Assembly (NCBI GenBank): GCA_963693055.1
Contig: OY843751.1
Coordinates: 6,048,001 to 6,112,000, forward strand
Direction: 5' to 3'
DNA length: 64,000 nt
DNA from: a bacterium
GTDB lineage: Bacteria; Zhuqueibacterota; Zhuqueibacteria; Residuimicrobiales; Krinioviventaceae
Of this stretch, positions 41,402-50,217 are shown piece by piece; within the stretch, counting starts at the first letter, position 1; every line of letters starts with the position of its first letter. A program made the position numbers and the translations under genes. The notes below the pieces were generated by a model, which was not told the origin of the DNA, searched no databases, and was given only the letters and a program-made list of their open reading frames with translations.

Positions 41402-42233
41402 TTTCTTTGCCTCCTGATAGATGTTGAGGAATGGATTTTTTTTTCGCGTCGCCACCAGGTTCCGCAGGAGATAACAGATCGTTTAATCGCGTATTGTTTT
41501 GTTGAAGATAGGTTTGGTAGAGTTGGATATACTCGCGCACCAGGCGGTCGGATTTCTTTGCAATGAGTCGAATCTGGTTCGGAGAGAAATTTTCCTTGTA
41601 TAAAAGGGCGATCTGCATAAAGTCAGCGAGGTAACGTTTGATGCTGGTTTCAGAATGATTGGTTTTTTGTTCTATTTCTGAAAAGGTATAACCTTTAAGA
41701 TACAGATCAATAATGATGGTTTTATGAGACAGTCCGGGACCCATGTCATGTTTCATACCTCGTGTCATGATAAACATACCGTGATGACGGAGATGATAAA
41801 TGTCACGTTTAACAGTGGCCGGACTGGTGGTTAAAAGCATTGCCAGGTCTTCATAGCTGAGTAAAGCACCCTGATCATAGGCTTGTCGAGTCAGACGGGC
41901 GATCCGGTGTCGTCTAAGTCCGGCAAGGCCATAATTAGCCAGGGCTTGCAGATCTGTATTAAAGTCAATTAGTTTGAGACGGACCGTAAGCTTTCGGGTT
42001 AATCTGATATGTTTGCCGGCTGGTTCTTCAGCGGCAACAGCTTCATAAGCGACTTCACCTCCTGATAATGAAATGTTGGAATGTTCCTGAAAGTATTGGT
42101 CAAATTGTTGATAGTAAGCTTCGGCAATAATAGGAGTCAAATTGAAATCCTGAGACAGTTTTTGGACAATAGCGTTTTTAGCTGTCTTGGATTCGAGTCT
42201 TTTTAAACCATAATTATTTTTAACATCTGCCAT
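41394..42233 (-). CDS. DUF1670-like protein A
   Basis: QGALLSYEDLAMLL..S..TVKRDI, TRGMKHDMGPGLSHK, LYLKGY, HSETSIKRY; GGAGA RBS. Confidence 0.8.
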   Translation of the reverse strand: MADVKNNYGLKRLESKTAKNAIVQKLSQDFNLTPIIAEAYYQQFDQYFQEHSNISLSGGEVAYEAVAAEEPAGKHIRLTRKLTVRLKLIDFNTDLQALANYGLAGLRRHRIARLTRQAYDQGALLSYEDLAMLLTTSPATVKRDIYHLRHHGMFIMTRGMKHDMGPGLSHKTIIIDLYLKGYTFSEIEQKTNHSETSIKRYLADFMQIALLYKENFSPNQIRLIAKKSDRLVREYIQLYQTYLQQNNTRLNDLLSPAEPGGDAKKKSIPQHLSGGKENE

Positions 42234-42481
42234 AAGAATCTCCTTATTTCTGTTTTTATTAAAACAATGATTCCTATGGTCATATGCACTAAACTTTAAA
42301 AACCGTGAAATCCTGTTGTTTTTTCATATTGACTATTATAATCTCAATCATTAATTTTTAAAATGGCGGGAGTTTCTTATGTTGCAGGGGAACGACATCA
42401 CCTAACTCATAATTCAAACAATACATTTAATACACTGAGTAAAATACGATTACTCTTTACTCACTAATAGCAGGGTCAAAT

Positions 42482-44146
42482 ATGAAAACCATAAACATTC
42501 TTTTTATTTACCTGATTACATTATCTATCAATGTATTCGCTGTTAATACTTTTCAATACAAAAAGATACTTCCCCGCAGTCAATGGTCTGACTATACACC
42601 TGACAGACCACATACCGCGGTATTGATGAGTGATGATGGAAATATTATTGTCGCAAGTCAGGCCTTTTCTTCGGAATGCATAGTAATGCAGAAAATTGAT
42701 CCGTATGGAAATCCCTTGTGGGCTGATCCTGAAACCGGTTTGAAACTCGTTGATAACACATCTTCTATAGATGTTAATTATTATCCGTCTATGGCAAGTG
42801 ATGGCAATGGAGGCGTATATATTGTTTATGCTGCCGGTATTTATGCAATAGAGGGAAATGATTGGAGATTTTATTTTGATACCTATCTTCAGCATTTAGA
42901 TGCTGATGGAAATAAACAGTGGAATGATAAAGGATTATTGTTAAAAACCGGATCATACCCTTGGGATATAGCCAGCGATGGTGAAGGAGGAGTGTATGTA
43001 TTATATTATGGAAGCTCTAATTGCGATCATTATCCGGGAACCCTTTTGCAGCATATTAATAAAGCGGGTGAAAAAAAATATCCAGGATTCGGTTTTGCTA
43101 TTATGGAATGTGATTCTTTATATTTAAACAGGCTTTATCTGGATGGCAATCATGGTATTTATATATCTAATAAAAATAATTATCTGCAGCGGATGAATGA
43201 AGAAGGAGAGTTTCTTTTTCCAATGCCATACATTGATACTGGCCTACCAAATCTACTTTTTCAATGGTTTTTTAATAAAGGTGAAGAAATGATTCTTGCT
43301 GGTAAAGAAAAAGGCACAAATAACTTGTATGTTCAAAAGCTGTCAGTTGATGGTGAATATCTTGGGAACCCAAATGGATACACATATACATGGCCGGATT
43401 CTTTAATTTTTTTCCCTGTAATAATTCAAAAAAATGACAGCACACTTTCTGTTTTTAATGGCTATTATGCACAAAACATTCAAATCAAACCCGTTTTTCA
43501 ATTTAAAAACCCTATCAGAATTATGGAAAAACAGATTAATTATCCTAGAGTTTTATATTCTGTTTATACTAAATTATATGGTACATTTATACTTTTTGGA
43601 GATGTGAAATATGAAGACGGAAAAAACCATTCACTTGTTAAAATGCAAAAAATTGATAAAACAGGAGGTTTGCCATTAGGTATCGAAGGAATAACAATTT
43701 GTGATACTACGAGTATGCTGTCAATACTTAACCCATTATTTACTATAAACGAACAAACTGGAACAGCACTGGTTTTTCTTGAATTTCAAGATGGTTTACA
43801 TGTAGCCATTGTTGATCTCAAAACCGGTACAGTTGTTGATGATAAAGATGAACAAATTAATTCAAAGATTCCTGATAATTTTATTATTTCCGGATATCCC
43901 AATCCATTTCACGAAGTAATCCATTTTACTATAAAAAAGCCTAATCTGTCCGACAGGATACAAACAATAAAAATTTACAATATTCTCGGAAAGGAGGTCA
44001 AAGACCTTACACAAAAAGAAATATCAACACACACATTTTCATGGGATGGAACAGATGATTCCGGTCAGCGGGCGGCTGCCGGTATCTATTTTGTTCAAAT
44101 TACCGCAAAACAAACATTCACTCAAAAAATACTGAAACTGAAATAA
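42482..44146 (+). CDS. Secreted beta-rich protein with C-terminal FlgD-Ig/T9SS-type sorting-like domain
   Basis: Signal peptide; repeated SDG.GGVY and Q(K/H)..G...W; YPNPF...IYNILG..V...WDG.D..G....GIYF. Confidence 0.75.
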   Translation: MKTINILFIYLITLSINVFAVNTFQYKKILPRSQWSDYTPDRPHTAVLMSDDGNIIVASQAFSSECIVMQKIDPYGNPLWADPETGLKLVDNTSSIDVNYYPSMASDGNGGVYIVYAAGIYAIEGNDWRFYFDTYLQHLDADGNKQWNDKGLLLKTGSYPWDIASDGEGGVYVLYYGSSNCDHYPGTLLQHINKAGEKKYPGFGFAIMECDSLYLNRLYLDGNHGIYISNKNNYLQRMNEEGEFLFPMPYIDTGLPNLLFQWFFNKGEEMILAGKEKGTNNLYVQKLSVDGEYLGNPNGYTYTWPDSLIFFPVIIQKNDSTLSVFNGYYAQNIQIKPVFQFKNPIRIMEKQINYPRVLYSVYTKLYGTFILFGDVKYEDGKNHSLVKMQKIDKTGGLPLGIEGITICDTTSMLSILNPLFTINEQTGTALVFLEFQDGLHVAIVDLKTGTVVDDKDEQINSKIPDNFIISGYPNPFHEVIHFTIKKPNLSDRIQTIKIYNILGKEVKDLTQKEISTHTFSWDGTDDSGQRAAAGIYFVQITAKQTFTQKILKLK

Positions 44147-44244
44147 TACTTATTAGAGGGGTAATGCAATTCAATACATTTGCATTTTTAATTTTATTAC
44201 CCATCACAAATTTTGCTGCAAATATTGATATAGGATAGGAGACT

Positions 44245-44324
44245 GATACTTCTAAACATGTATCCGGTTCTCCGGGTCGAATATCCCGTCATAAATTCCG
44301 CCCGGACCCTGGTACCAGGCGATC
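44245..44324 (+). repeat. GATCGCC-family element copy C (3' part)
   Basis: ACATGTATCCGGTTCT...CCGCCCGGACCCTGGTACCAGGCGATC; followed by a CACAGAT block at 44339-44358. Confidence 0.65.
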
Positions 44325-44496
44325 AAAGCAAAATAATTAACCACAGATGAACACAGATAAAAACAATCCTAATCTAACTTTCTGTTTTCATCGAGCAAAG
44401 CGGGCTGTTTTAAAAAAAATTATAACTTTACAGTCACCTTTTTAGTTTCCAGATAATTGCATTAACACAATCCTACCTCTCTCTCTTTTTTTTTAT

Positions 44497-44553
44497 TTGA
44501 CTCTCTAATCACAAATGTGTATATTTACTTTAACGTTAACTTTAAGGTTAAAG
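44497..44553 (+). promoter_or_regulatory. Sigma70 promoter and palindromic operator of the LacI gene
   Basis: TTGACT-N17-TATATT (44497-44525); TACTTTAAC...GTTAAAGTA dyad containing TTAACGTTAA. Confidence 0.6.
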
Positions 44554-44558
44554 TATAA

Positions 44559-45557
44559 ATGCCCACAACTCAAAAAGACATTGCTGCAAAACTCAATGTA
44601 TCCATTATGACGGTATCCAAAGCGCTCAAAGGACACCCGGATATCAGCGCAAAAACGCGCAAACGGGTGGAAGACACAGCGCGCGAAATGAACTATACCG
44701 TCAACGTGGTAGCGCGCAGCCTGGTGCAAAAACGTACCCATACCATTGGTGTGATTGTGCCTGATATTTCAGAGTTGTATTACGCGGAAATTGTCAGGGG
44801 CATTGAGATGGTATTCAGACAGCACCAATACAATATCTTATTGATAGACTCTGAAAACGATCCCGATATTGAGCTGGATGCCATTCAAACGCTTCTCGAA
44901 AAACGGGTTGACGGTTTGATCTTTGGTCCTACTGAAAAGACATCCCGCTATATAAATTTGCTAAAAACCATATCTATTCCCTATATTCTGATCAATAATA
45001 CACCCAAAGAATTGGATTGTGATTCAATCAGCATTGATCGTAGACACGGCTCCATGCTTTCTGTATCTCATCTCATCTCAGGTGGATATGAGGATATCTA
45101 TTTTCTTTACACATTCAAACATCTTGAACAATCCCAACACAGTATCAACGGCTGTTATGATGCTTTTGATCAATTCAACCTTCCACGGGAAGCATTAAAA
45201 CTGGTCTACTGTGAAAATCGGGACCTTGAAACATTCTACAACAAAACCCTGGAATCAGTTCAATATAACAATAAAAAAACCGGTGTTTATGCCTGGGACG
45301 ATGAAATGGCTGTGGGTGTGTATCGCGCGCTTGTGGAAAAAGGCTTTTCCATACCAGTACAGGTGGGTCTTGTAGGATTTGATGATATTCGGATCTCAAA
45401 ATACCTACCCAAGTCCTTGACCACAATCTATTGCCCCAAATTCGAAATGGGAAAAAAATGCGCAGAACGCCTGCTGCTGCAAATATTGTCTGAACAGCCA
45501 TTAGAGCCCGAAAATATTATGATGACTTTGAAATTGATAAAAAGAGAAACGACCTGA
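44559..45557 (+). CDS. LacI-family transcriptional regulator
   Basis: TQKDIA..LNVS..TVSKAL HTH; ARSL hinge; VGFDDI, LTTI. Confidence 0.93.
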   Translation: MPTTQKDIAAKLNVSIMTVSKALKGHPDISAKTRKRVEDTAREMNYTVNVVARSLVQKRTHTIGVIVPDISELYYAEIVRGIEMVFRQHQYNILLIDSENDPDIELDAIQTLLEKRVDGLIFGPTEKTSRYINLLKTISIPYILINNTPKELDCDSISIDRRHGSMLSVSHLISGGYEDIYFLYTFKHLEQSQHSINGCYDAFDQFNLPREALKLVYCENRDLETFYNKTLESVQYNNKKTGVYAWDDEMAVGVYRALVEKGFSIPVQVGLVGFDDIRISKYLPKSLTTIYCPKFEMGKKCAERLLLQILSEQPLEPENIMMTLKLIKRETT

Positions 45558-45663
45558 TCTTTCACATTTGGCAGCGTTTTTGTCCTGACAATAAAACTTG
45601 TAGGGAACAATCAAAACACGAGTTTTGTTATTTGATAATAATCCCAACACACAGGACAAACTC

Positions 45664-46206
45664 ATGACACAAGACCAGGAACTAGAGACCCTGAAATACC
45701 CCATCGGCCAGTTTGAATATACGGATACTGATTCCGATAATTCCATTCAAACCTGGATTCAGGAAATTGAAATGCTGCCCACCCGGTTACAACACATTGT
45801 GAGTGTTCTGTCAGATGACCAACTGGACACTCCATACAGACCGGAGGGCTGGACCGTTAGACAGGTTTTACATCATCTGAGCGACAGCCACATAAACGGC
45901 TATATACGGTTCAAATGGACCCTGACAGAAAATGAAACAACCATCAAACCGTATGAGCAAAAATTATGGTCAGAAACTGCTGAAAACTTTGGCTTTCCCA
46001 TCAGCGAAGAACTAGCGCTGTTAAGCCTGCTTCATCAAAAATGGGTGGTTCTTTTAAAAGAACTGGCTCTCAAAGATTTTCATCGTAAATTCATGCATCC
46101 GGAATCCGGCTGGTATGAATTAAAAAAAGCCCTCGCGTTGTATGCCTGGCATGGCAATCATCATTTAGCCCAAATCGAAACATTAATACAACGCAAGGGA
46201 TGGTAA
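45664..46206 (+). CDS. bstA: YfiT/BstA-family bacillithiol transferase (DinB superfamily)
   Basis: LKYPIGQF, YRPEGWTVRQVLHHLSDSH, YAWHGNHHLAQ. Confidence 0.82.
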   Translation: MTQDQELETLKYPIGQFEYTDTDSDNSIQTWIQEIEMLPTRLQHIVSVLSDDQLDTPYRPEGWTVRQVLHHLSDSHINGYIRFKWTLTENETTIKPYEQKLWSETAENFGFPISEELALLSLLHQKWVVLLKELALKDFHRKFMHPESGWYELKKALALYAWHGNHHLAQIETLIQRKGW

Positions 46207-46300
46207 AATGAGGTAAAACATCTATATGTGCATAGCGTGGTTAAGTTCCGCCACGATATAGAAACCATTCAAATCAATTCCATTCACAGAGGAAAACGCT

Positions 46301-49018
46301 ATGAAAAAATATGTCCTGTTATTTGTTTTGTTAATTTTTTGTAATGTATTTGCCGCAGAATATTTCACCATGCCGCCCAATGACCGTCAACGGGTCAACA
46401 TTGACAAAAACTGGGGATTTTTCAGGGGAGATATTAATGGCGAAGAAGAAACCCACCAGGTCAATAAACGTCCCTGGATTGGCGTGGACCTTCCCCATGA
46501 AATGAGTATAACCGGTGAATACTCGCCGGATAACAACACCACGCAAGCCTTTCAGCCAATGGAAATTGGCTGGTACCGCAAAGCATTGATGCTGCCCGAA
46601 TATTATGAACACAAAAAAATCTATGTGGTTTTTGACGGTGTTTATCGCGAGAGTGATGTCTGGCTCAACTATGCACACATTGGCCACCATCAATCCGGTT
46701 ACACCAGCTTTGCCTATGATATAACAGATTATGTCCGCACCGGCAATCGCACGCCCAACAGCCTGCGCGTACGGGTAGACGCCCGTCGTCATGAACAGGA
46801 TACCTATGAAGGCAGCGGCATTTATCGCCATGTATGGATCGTTTCCACAAACAAACTCCATATCGACAATTGGGGCACTTTTGTATATGCCACAAATATT
46901 TCAGAGAAACAATCCACAATCAACATCAAAGCTCAGGTCTTGAATGACTATCCGGAATCAAAACAATTCAAGCTTGTTACCCAAATTGTAGACAGCAAAG
47001 GTATAATCGTTGGAACTGTCAGCACCGATTGTTCTATGACTGCCGGGGAGGTAAAAGAGTATGAGCAAAAGGTGCTGGTTCAAAACTGTAACCTGTGGGA
47101 TGTTGACAATCCCTATCAGTATAAAGCATACACCATGATCCAGACTGCAGACGAAACCCTTGATGTGTATGAAACCCCATTCGGTATTCGGAATATTGAA
47201 TTTACCAACAATAGTGGATTTTTCATTAACGGTCGCCACGAAAAATTGCAGGGCTTTTGTGCTCATTACGATTTTGCGGGCTTGGGTAATGCCTTGCCGG
47301 ACCGCATCCACTTTAACCTGATGGCCATCATGAAACAGGCCGGATTCAACTTTTACCGGTCCAGTCATAATCCCGCCACACCGGAACGACTGGATGTAAG
47401 TGATGAAATGGGCATTATGGTATGGGACGAAATCGAACGCAAACTGGAAAGTCCGGAAATTGAACTGCCCCTGGTTGAAGCTACCATTACACGCGACCGC
47501 AATCATCCTTCAGTAATCGTCTGGTCTCTGGAAAACGAATCCCCGCTTGAAAGCACACATTATGGCGCCAATATCATCAAAGTGGGCACCGAGCTTGCCA
47601 ACCAGCTTGATCCCACACGCGAGACGACCTTTGCAGCTTCCATGCCGGTAAACATGCGCAATTATGGTGAAAACGCTGGTGTTTCCAGTTACAATTACCA
47701 TGTGGAACGCGCAGACCAGGACCATATTGCCTTTCCCCACTGGAAGATCGGATTGATCAGCGAGTATTCCGCGGTTCGAGCCATGCGCGGTGTATACGGC
47801 ACCGAGTATGTTCCGAATGAAACGGACAGCTATTTTAAATTCTATACCGAAGAAATCAAAGACATGTATGACATGTGCGCGAGTGTTGAAAATTACTGGT
47901 TGCGCATCGAGTCCCGCGATTATCTGGGTGGCGGCTGCGTCTGGAGCGGATACGACGCCCGCGGCGAAGGATTTGAATACCCCTTTATCTCACGCGGAGA
48001 CGGTGTACTTGACATGTGTTTTGAGCCCAAAGACCACTATTACTTTTTTAAATCCCGTTACACCGAGGAACCCATGGTCCATGTCATGCCGCACTGGAAC
48101 TGGCAGAAAAAAGGCCAAATTGTGGATGTATGGGGTTATTCCAATTGTGATCAGGTTGAACTGGTATTGAACGGAAAATCCCTGGGAACACGCGGCAAAC
48201 CCAAAGCAATGAAAAAATGGAAACCAGGTGAGAAACAGGATATCCCGGCTGCGCACAGGCAATGGAGTGTTCCTTACGAACCGGGCACACTGATTGCTAT
48301 TGGCAAAAATAATGGCAAAGAGGTTTGTCGTCAGGTTGTTAAAACCGCGGGAGAACCCGCTAAAATCCAATTAACTCGCGCTATGGAAGCCTTCCTGCCG
48401 GCTAATGAGATCCCCGCGTTGGTTGCGGATGGCAGAGATGTTGTGGTTATAAGAGCTGCAATTACAGACAAAGATGGCAATGTGGTTCCGTATGCCGGTA
48501 ACGATGTACAGTTTTTTGTAGAAGGTGATGAAGAGATTATCGCCGTAGGCAGCGGAGACATAACCACGCTAGAGCCCAATCACGCAACCCATCGCAAAGC
48601 CTGTAACGGCTATTGTGTTGCCATCGTCCAATCTACTACAACACCGGACCGATTCAAAATCCGTGCTGTTTCAGCGGGACTCGAATCCGGTGAGGTTACA
48701 GTTTCTTCGGTTGCACCTCAGGCCCACAGTGTAGAACTGGTCCCCAAACCCTGTCACATCCTTCCGGATGCCAGCACAGATGTAACTGTTAAAATTGTAG
48801 ACAAATTTGGTGATCAGATATCAACGGCATCAAATTCTGTAGAAATTAAAATACAGGGCAATGCCCGTTTTGAAAATGGCAAAACCAATATGAAAATCAA
48901 CACCCAAAACGGTGCCGCTACAATTGAACTACAAGCCGGTTCACACCCTGGCGAAATCACCTTGCAAGCCAGCGCCAAAGATCTCATACCCACTCAGGTA
49001 AAACTCTATATAGACTAG
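46301..49018 (+). CDS. Glycoside hydrolase family 2 (beta-galactosidase-like)
   Basis: GWYRK, FDGVY, SGIYRHV, RSSHNP, RDRNHPSVIVWSLENE, PHWNW. Confidence 0.9.
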   Translation: MKKYVLLFVLLIFCNVFAAEYFTMPPNDRQRVNIDKNWGFFRGDINGEEETHQVNKRPWIGVDLPHEMSITGEYSPDNNTTQAFQPMEIGWYRKALMLPEYYEHKKIYVVFDGVYRESDVWLNYAHIGHHQSGYTSFAYDITDYVRTGNRTPNSLRVRVDARRHEQDTYEGSGIYRHVWIVSTNKLHIDNWGTFVYATNISEKQSTINIKAQVLNDYPESKQFKLVTQIVDSKGIIVGTVSTDCSMTAGEVKEYEQKVLVQNCNLWDVDNPYQYKAYTMIQTADETLDVYETPFGIRNIEFTNNSGFFINGRHEKLQGFCAHYDFAGLGNALPDRIHFNLMAIMKQAGFNFYRSSHNPATPERLDVSDEMGIMVWDEIERKLESPEIELPLVEATITRDRNHPSVIVWSLENESPLESTHYGANIIKVGTELANQLDPTRETTFAASMPVNMRNYGENAGVSSYNYHVERADQDHIAFPHWKIGLISEYSAVRAMRGVYGTEYVPNETDSYFKFYTEEIKDMYDMCASVENYWLRIESRDYLGGGCVWSGYDARGEGFEYPFISRGDGVLDMCFEPKDHYYFFKSRYTEEPMVHVMPHWNWQKKGQIVDVWGYSNCDQVELVLNGKSLGTRGKPKAMKKWKPGEKQDIPAAHRQWSVPYEPGTLIAIGKNNGKEVCRQVVKTAGEPAKIQLTRAMEAFLPANEIPALVADGRDVVVIRAAITDKDGNVVPYAGNDVQFFVEGDEEIIAVGSGDITTLEPNHATHRKACNGYCVAIVQSTTTPDRFKIRAVSAGLESGEVTVSSVAPQAHSVELVPKPCHILPDASTDVTVKIVDKFGDQISTASNSVEIKIQGNARFENGKTNMKINTQNGAATIELQAGSHPGEITLQASAKDLIPTQVKLYID

Positions 49019-49026
49019 CTTAGAAT

Positions 49027-49058
49027 TCGAGCTCTGCAAAGTATTTTGCAGAGCTCGA
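49027..49058. terminator. Hairpin after the GH2 gene
   Basis: TCGAGCTCTGCAAA..TTTGCAGAGCTCGA. Confidence 0.65.
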
Positions 49059-49068
49059 AAAATTTAAT

Positions 49069-49117
49069 GCAAACGTTTGCCTTTTTTCTTGAATATTGTC
49101 TTTTTTGGTTGTATAAT
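49069..49117 (+). promoter_or_regulatory. LacI-type operator and sigma70 promoter of nagB
   Basis: GCAAACGTTTGC perfect palindrome (49069-49080); TTGAAT-N17-TATAAT (49089-49117). Confidence 0.65.
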
Positions 49118-49187
49118 TTAATAGCGAATATTTTTATTTCGTCTGTTAAAACATCCGTTGAAATTCCATCAGGAAAGGTAAGGCTCT

Positions 49188-49934
49188 ATGTTACTTGTTA
49201 TTAAAGAAAATTATGAGGAAATGTGTAAAGAGGGGGCAAGAGAAATTGCAAACATAGTAAGAAGAAAACCGGACTGTGTTCTGGGTTTTGCTACAGGCAG
49301 TACACCCTTGGGCGTTTACAAGGAGCTGATCCGGATGTATAATGATGAAGGTTTAGACTTTTCCAAAGTCGTTACCTTTAATCTTGACGAATATGTGGGC
49401 CTGCCCCCCTCTCATAACCAGAGTTATCACTATTTCATGTGGGAAAACCTTTTCAAACATATCAATGTGGACCCCCGTTACGTGCACATTCCCATGGGTA
49501 TGGCAGAAGATATTGATGTGTTTTGTGAATGGTATGAAAAAAAGATAAATGAATTTGGCGGTATTGATCTGCAAATACTCGGTATTGGTGCCAACGGACA
49601 TATTGCCTTTAACGAGCCGGGCTCGTCCCTGGGGTCTCGTACGCGTATCAAAACCCTGAGTGAAAAGACCATCAATGACAATGCTCGCTTTTTCGAAAAC
49701 AAGGAAGAAGTTCCCAAGTACGCCATTACCATGGGTGTGGGTACCATCATGGAAGCCAAAGAACTGTTATTGCTTGCAAGTGGAGAAGGCAAAGCAGACG
49801 CCATCCATGCCACTGCAGAAGGCCCCATTATGGCCAGGTATCCGGCAACCATTGTACAGATCCATCAATATGCAACAGTATTAATAGATAAAGAAGCCGC
49901 CTCTAAACTGGAAGGCGATTATTCGGGATTTTAA
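49188..49934 (+). CDS. nagB: Glucosamine-6-phosphate deaminase
   Basis: GFATGSTP, FNLDEYVGL, LGIGANGHIAFNEPG, AITMGVGTI. Confidence 0.95.
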   Translation: MLLVIKENYEEMCKEGAREIANIVRRKPDCVLGFATGSTPLGVYKELIRMYNDEGLDFSKVVTFNLDEYVGLPPSHNQSYHYFMWENLFKHINVDPRYVHIPMGMAEDIDVFCEWYEKKINEFGGIDLQILGIGANGHIAFNEPGSSLGSRTRIKTLSEKTINDNARFFENKEEVPKYAITMGVGTIMEAKELLLLASGEGKADAIHATAEGPIMARYPATIVQIHQYATVLIDKEAASKLEGDYSGF

Positions 49935-49957
49935 GCGTTTATAGTGCCCAAAGATAA

Positions 49958-50000
49958 ACCCGGTATCCGTCAGTTGACAGATGCCGGGTATTTTCTTTTT
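49958..50000 (+). terminator. Intrinsic terminator
   Basis: CCCGGTATC.GTC..GACAGATGCCGGG hairpin + T-rich tail. Confidence 0.55.
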
Positions 50001-50217
50001 GTAGAATCCCTGCATCTCTCTTTTAAAACATTTCATACGGATATATATCCCACATGATCATCTCTATCATATCGCTTGCTCAGCTAATTATATATTGCGA
50101 TTTATCATTGCGCAAGTTCTATATAAAATATTTTAAAAAAATGATTGTTATTCATATATTTTTTCTTTATACTAAATAAACAACTTTTATTCCAATATTG
50201 ACATTCAAGGGGAAGTA

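Larger units (their letters stand above)
40461..42280 (-). mobile_element. Putative IS-like element encoding two DUF1670-like proteins
   Basis: Ends ACCAGAGGA / TCCTATGGT (inverted, 1 mismatch) flanked by direct CATATG at 40455-40460 and 42281-42286. Confidence 0.7.

Noticed and set aside
41402-41455. N-terminal extension of DUF1670 protein B given in the ORF track
   Set aside because: ATG 41401 has a GGAGG RBS and a typical coupled overlap; the extension overlaps gene A.
42360-42420. Possible riboswitch or ncRNA upstream of the 42482 gene
   Set aside because: Slightly GC-richer patch but no convincing stems or known consensus.
37175-44324. Integron cassette array
   Set aside because: No intI tyrosine recombinase in the window, and the repeats lack RYYYAAC...GTTRRRY attC ends.
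37022-44358. Possible CRISPR array from recurring repeats
   Set aside because: Repeats are kilobases apart or tandem without unique spacers; no cas genes.
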